From Candidatus Pacebacteria bacterium CG_4_9_14_0_2_um_filter_40_15 (GTDB lineage: Bacteria > Patescibacteriota > Microgenomatia > UBA1400 > PJMF01): a DNA stretch of 64,000 nt. Numbering within the stretch: position 1 is the stretch's first letter; each line of letters starts with the position of its first letter. The DNA lies in the NCBI GenBank assembly GCA_002788675.1, contig PFRS01000005.1, positions 3,731 through 67,730 of the forward strand. Direction: 5' to 3'. This document shows, one piece after another, positions 18,016 to 27,466 of the stretch. A model generated the notes under the pieces. It saw only the letters and a list, made by a program, of their open reading frames with translations, ran no database searches and was not told where the DNA came from. A program made the position numbers and the translations under genes.

Positions 18016-18732
18016 TTACAAGAGTTTTAACCCAACACCATACTTCACAATCACCCAAACAGCACGGAAGGCATCCTTAAGTCCAATCTTCTTGCCTTCT
18101 TCGTAGGTTCGACCGTGGTATGAAATACCAACTTCGTAAATGCGTGCTTTTTTGTGAGCAATTTTGGCGGTAATTTCTGGTTCAATTCCAAATGAATTTT
18201 CAGTGATTACAATCTCTTGGAGTAACTCACGTCTAAACATCTTATACCCTGTTTCCATGTCAGATAAGTTTAAGTTATTAAAAATATTTGAGAGTGTTGT
18301 CAGACTCATGTTGGCTAAGTAATGCCAAAAATACACAACTCTATGTGCTGCACTGCCCATAAACCGTGATCCATACACAACATCTGCTCGATTATCGAGT
18401 AATGGTTGGAGCACTGCCGGAAGATCCTCGGGGTCATACTCAAGGTCAGCATCTTGAATCACAACAAACTCACCGGTTGCTTTGGCGATACCATCTCTGA
18501 GGGCTGCCCCTTTGCCTCCATTCTTTTCTCGAAGTATAAGAATGTCGATGTACTTCTTTTCATTTTTCTTTAATATTTCTCGAGTGTTGTCTTGAGATCC
18601 ATCATCAACCACAATAATTTCTAATTGAGGAAGTGGTGCTGCCATCAAAGCTTTGAGTGTTGCCTCAATTGTATTTTCTTCGTTATATGCTGGGATAACG
18701 ACGCTAAGTACCGGTTGCTTACTTTTTGCCAT
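18016..18732 (-). CDS. GT2 polyprenol-phosphate glycosyltransferase (DPM1-like)
   Basis: SVVIPAYNEE, VDDGSQD, NGGKGAAL, IQDADLEYDPED, VYGSRF, DMETGYK, FGIEPEIT, GRTYEEGKKI. Confidence 0.93.
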   Translation of the reverse strand: MAKSKQPVLSVVIPAYNEENTIEATLKALMAAPLPQLEIIVVDDGSQDNTREILKKNEKKYIDILILREKNGGKGAALRDGIAKATGEFVVIQDADLEYDPEDLPAVLQPLLDNRADVVYGSRFMGSAAHRVVYFWHYLANMSLTTLSNIFNNLNLSDMETGYKMFRRELLQEIVITENSFGIEPEITAKIAHKKARIYEVGISYHGRTYEEGKKIGLKDAFRAVWVIVKYGVGLKLL

Positions 18733-19066
18733 GAGCGTTTTTCTTTCCTGTTGCTATTGCTTCATTGCGAATAGCTTCTTCTAATTTCTTTTGTAGGGTC
18801 TTAACAGTAAAGTAACTCATAAAGACAACTACTGAAAGTATCATAAAGGCTACAACAATGAGTAAATCAAATACTCGTGCAAAATTGAGTAGACCGGTAA
18901 CTCCCAGTAAGAGATGAGGGAACAATGCGATGACTATAAACCCAATCCAAACTGAGTTCCATGCCCACACTTCTGGCTTCGATAAGTTCTTCTTTTTGCC
19001 GTGAATTGTTACTACGTACATCATAAAGAGCGCAAAGAGAGCTGAAATTATTTGAAAAATGGTCAT
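18719..19066 (-). CDS. DUF2304 family membrane protein (GacJ/Rv3632-like partner of a polyprenol-P-HexNAc synthase)
   Basis: Three TM helices, W...W....ALFP, LNFARVFDLL, C-terminal coiled segment LQKKLEEAIRNEAI; ATG 19066 overlaps the stop of the upstream GT2. Confidence 0.8.
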   Translation of the reverse strand: MTIFQIISALFALFMMYVVTIHGKKKNLSKPEVWAWNSVWIGFIVIALFPHLLLGVTGLLNFARVFDLLIVVAFMILSVVVFMSYFTVKTLQKKLEEAIRNEAIATGKKNAHGKK

Positions 19067-19758
19067 AATGTTATCCTCCACCACAGTATACTATGAAATA
19101 AATCGAGCGTATTGAGTACTGTCATACCTTTATCATGATCGTGATAGATAGTATCTATGGTAATACTTGTAAAAGGAAGTGCTTGTTTTGTAACTCTACA
19201 TGCTATTTCCATTTCAACTTGGTATCCTAATGAGTTCCATTTTATTTTGGAATATGCTTTTTTTGTAAATGCTTTGTAGCCAGATGGAATATCGGGAATT
19301 ATTGTTCCACCAAAGAGCAAATGAATGCTATAAGAGGCCATCTTGTTAAAAAAACGCTTAAAAAAGGGCATCTGAGCGTCTACACGCCTGGCACCAAACA
19401 CGACTTCTGACTTTGTTTTGGTTAGAGCTTCTAAAAACCTAGGTAATTCTGCTGGATTGTGTTGATCATCGCTATCCATAAGAATTACAACATCGGCACC
19501 TAAAGAGTTAAATGCATACTCGCAACCTGTCTTTAGCGCAGCTCCTTTTCCAAGATTTACTTTGTGCCTAAGCACATGTGTTAGTTCTTGTTTTGCTTGT
19601 TCTGCTGTATCATCTGTAGAACCATCATCAATGAAAATAATATTGTTCGTGTGACTCTTAACTTTTTTAAGCACCGTTCTTAAGTAAGCAGCTTCATTGA
19701 AACCTGGCATCACAATCCAGACATTTTTGGGTAACTGAGTGTTACTTTGCTTCATCAA
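19063..19758 (-). CDS. GT2 polyprenol-phosphate glycosyltransferase (GacI/PpgS-like)
   Basis: IVMPGFNEA, IDDGSTD, HKVNLGKGAALKTG, MDSDDQH, DIPSGYKAF; adjacent to DUF2304. Confidence 0.88.
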   Translation of the reverse strand: MMKQSNTQLPKNVWIVMPGFNEAAYLRTVLKKVKSHTNNIIFIDDGSTDDTAEQAKQELTHVLRHKVNLGKGAALKTGCEYAFNSLGADVVILMDSDDQHNPAELPRFLEALTKTKSEVVFGARRVDAQMPFFKRFFNKMASYSIHLLFGGTIIPDIPSGYKAFTKKAYSKIKWNSLGYQVEMEIACRVTKQALPFTSITIDTIYHDHDKGMTVLNTLDLFHSILWWRITL

Positions 19759-20680
19759 AATTTTCTTCCCAATAGTTCATAAAGTACTCCACGACTCCTT
19801 TTACTCCTTCAGAAAATGCGACTTTAGCCTCCCAGTCCAACTCTTTTCGAGCTTTTGACGCGTCAGCATACAGTTTGAGTGGATCTCCTGGTCTGGCAGG
19901 AAAATGTTTGACCGTAGCTTTTTTATGCATTGTTTCTTCAATAATTGAAACAAGATCAAGCACAGATGAAGGTTTTTCTGTTGAAAGATTAAAGTAATGA
20001 TATTTCTCTGGATTACTCCATGCATAGTCAAGCGCTTTAAGATGAGCGTCAACTATGTCTGAGATATGAATGTAATCTCGAAGATGTTCACCACTTCCCC
20101 AAACGGTCACTTCTTTATCTTGGTAGATCTGTTTAATGAATCTTGGCAGTGCATGCGATTCTGGCTCATGATGCTCTTCTGGTCCATATAAATTAAAGTA
20201 CCGCAGAGCTACTCCTGTAAATTTATGAGCCTGCACATAGCTTGAAAGTAAACCTTCAATAGCTAACTTTGTCATGCCATACGGATTAATAGGAATTGTT
20301 CGATCATCTTCTTTAATAGGAATATGGAGTGGTTCACCATAGACGGCAGCACTGGAACTAAAAATAAATGTGTTAATGCCATTTTCTCTCATTGCATCTA
20401 ACACAGAAAGTGTTCCATCAATATTATTATCAATGAATTTTTGTGGTTCTTTTACTGATTCTCCTGCCTCTATTAAACTAGCGAGGTGAAAAACAGCATC
20501 AGCATCTTTAATTTCTACAAGCATTCTTTTTTTATCTTGAACATCTGCTAAGACTGTTTCGAATTCTTTACTTTGTCGAAGATCAATATTCTTAACTTCA
20601 TATCCTGCTTGTATAAGCGCTCGGAGTAAATGAGTTCCTAAAAAACCAGATCCTCCGGTAACAATAATTCTTTTTTTCAT
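19742..20680 (-). CDS. galE: UDP-glucose/UDP-GlcNAc 4-epimerase
   Basis: VTGGSGFLG, HLASLIEAGESV, FSSSAAVYGEP, PINPYGMTK, LRYFN, RDYIH, RPGDP; GGAGG RBS. Confidence 0.8.
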   Translation of the reverse strand: MKKRIIVTGGSGFLGTHLLRALIQAGYEVKNIDLRQSKEFETVLADVQDKKRMLVEIKDADAVFHLASLIEAGESVKEPQKFIDNNIDGTLSVLDAMRENGINTFIFSSSAAVYGEPLHIPIKEDDRTIPINPYGMTKLAIEGLLSSYVQAHKFTGVALRYFNLYGPEEHHEPESHALPRFIKQIYQDKEVTVWGSGEHLRDYIHISDIVDAHLKALDYAWSNPEKYHYFNLSTEKPSSVLDLVSIIEETMHKKATVKHFPARPGDPLKLYADASKARKELDWEAKVAFSEGVKGVVEYFMNYWEENFDEAK

Positions 20681-20690
20681 CTTAGACCTC

Positions 20691-21863
20691 CTAGGCTATC
20701 CAGTACCCTTGAATAAAGAGTACTGTGTTGAGTATCAAAAGTATACTTGATATCCCGTACCAGGCAAAGCGCAATTTGGGTTTATCCTCCAACCACTTCG
20801 CAATAACGAGAAACATTGGGAAACATACCAGAATATAGCGTGGCATACTAGAAAATGTCCCTGTAAGGGTTGGTAACAGAAAAGCTAAAGACGAAAAGAC
20901 TAAGTATGATGGACGAAGCTTCTTGATCCAGCCTACAATGAGAGTTGTGAGTGCTAGTATACTGAGTGCAAATTCTTGAGTATATGCAAAGAACTTCCAA
21001 TTTTGCCAGTCTACCGTTACAAATATTTTTATGTAGCGGACAAGTACCTGTGGTAGTAGTATGAGTGATTCAGATCGTCCACCTCCAAATTCTTCTTGGA
21101 CATGAAAGAAATACAGCGGATCACGGAATTCAATCCATAAAAATATCATGTACAGCAGTAAGCCACCAGCAGACAAGAAAATAGTTATAAGTTTTGTGAA
21201 ATCTGTGAAATTAATTTCGTGAAGCAACTTTTTGGGATGTGAAATAAATTGACTTTGCAACAAGTTTCTTTGATACAAGTACTCAATCACAAGGGCTGGG
21301 AGTAGCGCAATTCCAATTACTTTTGTTCCGCTAGCTACAGCTGCCAGAATAATCGCATACATCCATTGTTTTTTTTTGGCAAAATAGAATGAAGAAAGAA
21401 TTAAAAGTAAAAAGAGCGACTCAGTGTAGACTGCAGCAAAGAAAAAACTGGTTGGAAAAAGTAGGAGTAGGCCGAGTGAAATATGTGAAATACTTTTTGT
21501 GAATTCTTTTTCAAACAACTTACTCCAAATAAGTAAGACACCAAAGAAAGAGACAAGTGAGATGATCTGGCCAGATATGATTGCGTTGATATGAAAGAGG
21601 CCATCAAGCCAAATCAATCCTGGATACACCGGAAAGAAGGCTTGTATCAGACCAGTTCCTATATACCCATGAGACACAATCGTAAGATAGTGAACGCCAT
21701 CAAAATTGGCCCAAGAGTATATCCAGCGTGGAAGATTATAGTTTGGCAAGATTGCGTCTGCATATGGGAATGTAGGCGCATAGAGCAAGAACAAATCAGC
21801 TAAGAAAGATAGGCAGTACAAACCAAGTAACCAAAGACTAAATTGTACTAAAAGTCTTTTCAT
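20691..21863 (-). CDS. PIG-V-like (Mannosyl_trans2/GT76-like) GT-C mannosyltransferase
   Basis: WANFDGVHYLTIVSHGY, AFFPVYP, FPTSFFFAAVYTESLF, SSMPRY. Confidence 0.8.
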   Translation of the reverse strand: MKRLLVQFSLWLLGLYCLSFLADLFLLYAPTFPYADAILPNYNLPRWIYSWANFDGVHYLTIVSHGYIGTGLIQAFFPVYPGLIWLDGLFHINAIISGQIISLVSFFGVLLIWSKLFEKEFTKSISHISLGLLLLFPTSFFFAAVYTESLFLLLILSSFYFAKKKQWMYAIILAAVASGTKVIGIALLPALVIEYLYQRNLLQSQFISHPKKLLHEINFTDFTKLITIFLSAGGLLLYMIFLWIEFRDPLYFFHVQEEFGGGRSESLILLPQVLVRYIKIFVTVDWQNWKFFAYTQEFALSILALTTLIVGWIKKLRPSYLVFSSLAFLLPTLTGTFSSMPRYILVCFPMFLVIAKWLEDKPKLRFAWYGISSILLILNTVLFIQGYWIA

Positions 21864-23521
21864 ACTTTTTTCTTATATCCTAATCCTAAATAGAAAACAA
21901 CAAATAATGTAATGAAAAATGCAGCATTTCCAATGAGCCTGGGCCAGGTGCGTTGTGTGAATTCTGTAGCAATTGCGTACTCACCAGGGGCTAATGTGAA
22001 GGCCACTCTCCCTTTAATCTCATCAGAATTGGTGTATTCAACAAGCGTCCCATTCACTCTTGTTTCCCAACCAGGGAAGTACATAACTGGTTCAACAATA
22101 GTAATATCTTCAGTTGTAGCCACAGTATAGACGTGTTCTCTTCCCGTCCAAAGCTGTGTAAGTAGTGTTGTATCTGTATTTTTTGTTAGAGTTATAGCTG
22201 AAGGTGCCCAAGAACCTATGGCAGAATAAGTAAAATCTTTAGCCATATTTTCATTTTGTGTTGAGGTTGTAAGCGTAAAGTTTTCGTAGTCTACATTTTT
22301 TTTTGTAAACGTATCGGCTGGTGCTAATTTTACTAACGGTACAATCGAAAACAACCAAACTACAGACAGTACTATAAATATCTTCTTTGAGATTCTTCCC
22401 AAAAGTGTTGCAGCTAGTGGAACACTAAAGGTGAAAAAGAAGAGTGCCCATCGCCAAGGAAATTGCATAAATCGCATAAATGGAAGCGTTCGCCAAATTG
22501 CTTGAGAACTATCCAGCTGCATAAACAAGGCAAGTAAAGCCGAGAATGATACAAAAAGGCTAAGTAACCATTTTTTAGCTTCTTTCGTTTTACTGTTCTT
22601 AATACTCAAGACCAAAGATAAAATCAACGTTAGCATTGGCAGCACCATAGAGGTAAAGCCTATTTTGAAGCCTAGAGAGTCTATAGTACCAATAAGAGAA
22701 TATCCAAATTGTTGTGGTGCTGAGAATAATTCTTTTAAGGTTACAAAATGTTGTGTGTACTCTCTTTGATTATCAGTTTGACCAATAACCGTGGCGTTCA
22801 TTTCTGTTAATGCAGGTAACCAAAACCAAAGTGTTGCACCCAGTGCAATACTACCAACTAAGGCTGCCCGCTTCCAACTTGCAAGCTGTTTCCTAAAGAC
22901 AATAGCTGCATACACAAAAAGAAATGGTACAGCAAAAACTACAGTAATATTATGTGAAAGCAAGAAAGCAGCAACTGCAGCGCCCATAAGTACTAATTGC
23001 CTGCCGGATTTTTTTAAATTGAGCCAATGAATAAGTGTAAACATCCAAGGTAACAGTGCATATGCAAGTATTTCTCCTATATTTCCTCTATATGCTAAAA
23101 GTGAAACTACATAAGGTGTCGTAAGCCAGACTAGTGCAGTAAAGACACGTATTTCTCGTTTAGAAGTGAAAAAGCCTGACCAAGAAAATACTCCAATACT
23201 TCCACCAAATAGTCCTGAGAGAACTAAGATGCTAAACGTTGTTTCGTAAGAAACTTTAGCAAAAGAAAAAGGCAACGACAAAATATTTGCCAATGGATAA
23301 TTATAATTAAAAACAGGATACCCAAAGTGATTATGCAGTACCGGAGCGATTCTAGGTGGAATTTGGAGTTCTCTAACGGCAATTTTATAGTTTGCAAAAC
23401 GAGCAAGATGATTTTCACCGTCGTGTGTGTAAGGAAACTGTGGAGCTACATAGAATCGAGCAACAAAAAAAGTAAAACCCAATAATAGCAATCCAATTTT
23501 TAAAAGCCCACTTTTTTTCAT
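21860..23521 (-). CDS. GT-C membrane protein, PTPS-related/YfhO-like family
   Basis: THDGENHLAR, GYPVFNYNYPL, RGNIGE, LLSHN, MQFPWRW, C-terminal YFPGW. Confidence 0.8.
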   Translation of the reverse strand: MKKSGLLKIGLLLLGFTFFVARFYVAPQFPYTHDGENHLARFANYKIAVRELQIPPRIAPVLHNHFGYPVFNYNYPLANILSLPFSFAKVSYETTFSILVLSGLFGGSIGVFSWSGFFTSKREIRVFTALVWLTTPYVVSLLAYRGNIGEILAYALLPWMFTLIHWLNLKKSGRQLVLMGAAVAAFLLSHNITVVFAVPFLFVYAAIVFRKQLASWKRAALVGSIALGATLWFWLPALTEMNATVIGQTDNQREYTQHFVTLKELFSAPQQFGYSLIGTIDSLGFKIGFTSMVLPMLTLILSLVLSIKNSKTKEAKKWLLSLFVSFSALLALFMQLDSSQAIWRTLPFMRFMQFPWRWALFFFTFSVPLAATLLGRISKKIFIVLSVVWLFSIVPLVKLAPADTFTKKNVDYENFTLTTSTQNENMAKDFTYSAIGSWAPSAITLTKNTDTTLLTQLWTGREHVYTVATTEDITIVEPVMYFPGWETRVNGTLVEYTNSDEIKGRVAFTLAPGEYAIATEFTQRTWPRLIGNAAFFITLFVVFYLGLGYKKKV

Positions 23522-23527
23522 ATCAGG

Positions 23528-24574
23528 TTAATGACTAGCAACTTGCTCATACACTTTCTTTGTTTCTTGTGCAGTTTTTTTCCAAGTAAATGTCTTCTGC
23601 CAAGAAGAAGCTGATGCCACCCACCTCTCTCTTTTTGATTTAGACCATTCATTAATAGATAGAACTGCTTGCGCAAAGGCTTCAGCAGTGGGTTCTACCA
23701 ACAAAGCATGATCTCCTGCTACTTCAGTAAGTGATGATGTGTTGCTGCTAATAACAGGCACTCTGCATTTCATTGCTTCAAGCAGTGGTAACCCAAAACC
23801 TTCATACAATGATGGCTGTATGTAAGCAATCGCACCTGAATAGAGAGCTGAGAGTTCATCGGTTGCGTCAACAAGAACATCAGTCAAAAAGTGGACTCTT
23901 TCTCCAACATTTGAAAGTGCAAGCTGCTGTTCAACCCATTTCCATTCAGGAATAGGTTCTGGAGTGAAGTTTTTGCCCACGCAAACTAGATGAATCGACT
24001 CAGGTAAGAACTTAAGTGTTTTAATTAGTTGTGGAATATTTTTATTATAGTTAATGTCACCCACATATAACACATATTGTTTGGGGAGTGCGTATTTTTT
24101 ACGAACTTTTGCAATGGCATATTCACTTTGAGGTTCTAAAGAAGGATTAGATGCTAAATATATAACGTGAATCTTACTTTCAGGAACTCCCAAATGCTTA
24201 ATAATATCTTTTTTTGAACTTTCTGAATCAGTTATCACTGCAGACACGAACTTTAGTGCAAGTTTTTGCTTATTAAATCGCAACTTACCTTTCACTCCTG
24301 CCGGATAGAATTCTGGGAAAATAAGCGGAATAACATCATGAATAGTAACTACGGTCTTAACTTTTCTGATAACTGAAAGTGTATCAAAAAATAAATCAAA
24401 AAAAGGATAATGTACTACATCTATATGCTTTGGTTGATCTTCAGCCGAAGATTTAACAACAGAAATATCATTAAATTCTTCTAATTCGTGTAGTAAATTA
24501 CGCGTATAACTACCAATCCCTCTGGCAGCGTGTCCGGTTCCAAGTGGGAGGGTATCAATAAGTACAGTTAACAT
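23528..24574 (-). CDS. GT4 glycosyltransferase
   Basis: ARGIGSY, VVTIHDVIP, YVGDINYNKN, PSLYEGFGLPLLEAM. Confidence 0.92.
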   Translation of the reverse strand: MLTVLIDTLPLGTGHAARGIGSYTRNLLHELEEFNDISVVKSSAEDQPKHIDVVHYPFFDLFFDTLSVIRKVKTVVTIHDVIPLIFPEFYPAGVKGKLRFNKQKLALKFVSAVITDSESSKKDIIKHLGVPESKIHVIYLASNPSLEPQSEYAIAKVRKKYALPKQYVLYVGDINYNKNIPQLIKTLKFLPESIHLVCVGKNFTPEPIPEWKWVEQQLALSNVGERVHFLTDVLVDATDELSALYSGAIAYIQPSLYEGFGLPLLEAMKCRVPVISSNTSSLTEVAGDHALLVEPTAEAFAQAVLSINEWSKSKRERWVASASSWQKTFTWKKTAQETKKVYEQVASH

Positions 24575-24578
24575 AGAT

Positions 24579-25352
24579 TTACTTTTCTGAAAGTTCCCAT
24601 AATTTTATATATGCAATTGGAAAATGTAAGGAACTCATTAGGGCAAACATAAAACCTGGAATGCCATCAACGTATCCTCTATGTCGAGCGTAGATGCTAA
24701 AAAAAGTTACTAATGGTTTTTTGACCAAATAATCCAGACTTGTAGTAAAAGAAATTGTAGTGTGCTTCTTATGCAACTTTTCAGCTGTGAATGAAGTGTA
24801 TGTATTGAATTTTCGTAAATAGTCAGCAAAAGTAGGGTTACTATAATGAATGAGATGGCCATTGGCTGTGCCAATAGATCCTTCAACTTCCATTTGTTCG
24901 TGCACATCTTTTTGAGGAAGTCTTGCTTTTCCTTTGAGGTACAATCTAATTACTGAATCAGGATATTGGCCACCCTTTGTAAGATAACTGCCTAAGAAAA
25001 GATTCTTACGTGGAATCCACCAGGCAGAATCAGTTGGTGTAGTACCTTCTTTAATATCATTTTTTAGTTGTTTAATATAGTTTGCTAGATCATCATCAAC
25101 AACCTCGTCTGCATCTAACTGTAAAACTATATCGCCGGTTGCAGCATCCATAGCCATTTGTTTGTTGATATGAAAGTTGGATTTATTTGTTGTTTCGATG
25201 ATTTTCTTAGTGTATTTCTTTGCAATCTCTACCGAGTTATCAGTCGAGCTACCATCAACAACAACTATTTCATCAGCAATCAGTTTCACTGAATCTAAAC
25301 ACCGCGCCAGATTCTGTTCTTCGTTATATATAGCTAAAACTACAGATAGCAT
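24579..25352 (-). CDS. GT2 glycosyltransferase (WaaE/KdtX beta-1,4-glucosyltransferase-like)
   Basis: SVVLAIYNEE, VDGSSTD, LQLDADE, PRKN, YPDSVIRLY, VHE, KFNTYTS. Confidence 0.9.
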   Translation of the reverse strand: MLSVVLAIYNEEQNLARCLDSVKLIADEIVVVDGSSTDNSVEIAKKYTKKIIETTNKSNFHINKQMAMDAATGDIVLQLDADEVVDDDLANYIKQLKNDIKEGTTPTDSAWWIPRKNLFLGSYLTKGGQYPDSVIRLYLKGKARLPQKDVHEQMEVEGSIGTANGHLIHYSNPTFADYLRKFNTYTSFTAEKLHKKHTTISFTTSLDYLVKKPLVTFFSIYARHRGYVDGIPGFMFALMSSLHFPIAYIKLWELSEK

Positions 25353-25438
25353 ATGACTTTCTTTGTAAACTACATAAGCATTGTATCAAACCCAGAGAAA
25401 AGAGTATAACGAAAGTCTTATCTTGAGCATTCTTGTTA

Positions 25439-27283
25439 CTACCAGTCCAAGTCTTTGATCCAAAGTGAACAAAATTCATCAATACTCTGAGTATCAATTG
25501 AAAGTTGCTGACTTTTCTGAACATGAACAAATGTGGTTGCGTATGCTGCACAGAGAGAATCTCCATAGATATCTATCTTTCCCCCGCTATCTAATATTGC
25601 AGAGATAGATAATACTTTTTGATTTGCATCAGCTATCGCTTCATCGTGATTTGCTTCGAGACTAGGTTTAGGGCAAGAATCATGATTTGTGTGAACAATT
25701 ATTAACTCATCTGAAGAAGCTACTCTAGACTTTATCTCATTAGATTGTGGAGCACATGCTGATTTGAAGCTAATATGTTCAAAGTCATACTCTGCATTTG
25801 TACTTGTATATGCTGGGTATAGTTGCATTTGCTCAGCAACTGCATCTTTAGTATTTGTTGATAACAAGTCTTCATACAACAGATAACTCCAAAAATCGAA
25901 TTCTGGCTCGTTGCTATACACAACAATTCTTTTCTGTGGATTTTCAGTAACAGTATGATGGATGTACTTTGCAAGTATTCTTTCGTCAAAATTGCTCCAG
26001 TCTAAACTCATAATTGGATATCTGTACCAATAGTTATAAGTGAAATTTAAAATGCTCAACATATATACTGCTATAAAAATATATTTTACATACTTCTTTG
26101 AATTAATAAGCGCTAATCCCCATCCCAAAACTACAATAATTAACAGATAGCTATACATACTTCTAAGTAAATACCAGTCTGAACCTGTATTAATAAGTGT
26201 TGGTAAACAAAGCGTCAGGATTCCTCCTATAAGTACTAACCCACTCGTTCTGGTTTTTCTTGAGATACACAAGGCAGACACGCCAATGAAGAATAAGACT
26301 ATATCCATCCAATAGAAGACTCCGTGAGTCCAAACACTAAAACCACTTACATTGGGTTCGATAGTTAAAAACAAAGTATGTAGATTAAAAACTCCTAGTA
26401 ACTTCTCTAACATGAAAAAAAGTATTGCCGTAAACTTATTGCTCAAAAGATTCAAAAGTGGATTTGTCAGAGTTAACCTTCTTTCAGAATTCACCACATT
26501 CGTTAAATATGACAAGTCATTAAATATTAGATCAGACAATCTTGCTGAAGCTGATTGTTGAGGCAATAAAATGAATCCATATAATGCAACGCCAATTAAT
26601 CCCAGTAACACAACAAGTAGGTGTATTCTTTTATTTTTAATTATCTGAATAATTTCGGAATACTTCCATTTTTTTATTTCTGCACTTATTTTTAAGGCAA
26701 GAAAGAAAATAATAAGAGGTACTAACAATAATTTAAACCCTTGATATTGAAAGAAACCTAAAATATAGAAGGGAATGCTTAACAAAACAAATTTTAATTT
26801 TGGTTGAATAAAGAGTGATCCGGCCAACATATAAAACCAGATACTATAGAAAACATCATAACTTAATCTACTCATTTGCCAAAATAATGGGCTGAAAACA
26901 AAGAGAATCCATACTGCTTTTGTGACATCCTCTCTTTTCCAGATTCCATGTACAAATGCAGCTAAAACGAATGGAAGTGTTATCCCCATTAATGCAGATA
27001 CTAAGTGTGTGGAAAATAATGGATTTCTGCCAAAGTGAAATCCCAAACTCATGATTTGGGCAGACCACTCAGCATACATTGGATGAATAGGCTGTATGGA
27101 ATAATAGCTTTGCTTTTGGTCGAGTGACTTTCCTTGTACTACAAACGACTTAGCTTGAATAGCATAGACCATTTCATCATGCGTTAATGTTGCAGGCACT
27201 TGACCTAATTTCCACAGACGAGACCACATTAGAAATAAGAGAACCGCTATAAAAATAAGTTTTTCTGCAGTAGAAAGTTTCAT
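25439..27283 (-). CDS. GT-C fold (ArnT/PMT-like) membrane glycosyltransferase
   Basis: RLWKLGQVPATLTHDEMVY (DE motif after TM1), SPLFWQMSR, GFFQYQGFK; Cys-containing C-terminal domain. Confidence 0.82.
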   Translation of the reverse strand: MKLSTAEKLIFIAVLLFLMWSRLWKLGQVPATLTHDEMVYAIQAKSFVVQGKSLDQKQSYYSIQPIHPMYAEWSAQIMSLGFHFGRNPLFSTHLVSALMGITLPFVLAAFVHGIWKREDVTKAVWILFVFSPLFWQMSRLSYDVFYSIWFYMLAGSLFIQPKLKFVLLSIPFYILGFFQYQGFKLLLVPLIIFFLALKISAEIKKWKYSEIIQIIKNKRIHLLVVLLGLIGVALYGFILLPQQSASARLSDLIFNDLSYLTNVVNSERRLTLTNPLLNLLSNKFTAILFFMLEKLLGVFNLHTLFLTIEPNVSGFSVWTHGVFYWMDIVLFFIGVSALCISRKTRTSGLVLIGGILTLCLPTLINTGSDWYLLRSMYSYLLIIVVLGWGLALINSKKYVKYIFIAVYMLSILNFTYNYWYRYPIMSLDWSNFDERILAKYIHHTVTENPQKRIVVYSNEPEFDFWSYLLYEDLLSTNTKDAVAEQMQLYPAYTSTNAEYDFEHISFKSACAPQSNEIKSRVASSDELIIVHTNHDSCPKPSLEANHDEAIADANQKVLSISAILDSGGKIDIYGDSLCAAYATTFVHVQKSQQLSIDTQSIDEFCSLWIKDLDW

Positions 27284-27466
27284 ATATTTATATCGAGTAT
27301 ACAGTATTTTTATTACAAAAGTATGACTTAGTTATTGATTCTCATTGTGCATTTGAGAAATCGTTTTGTTCTTTATTATCTAAAAGCCTGAGTATACAAT
27401 GAACTCAAGACATTTAATTTGAATGATTAGATACTCTGATATATATTTTGTTTTGATGCAGACAAC

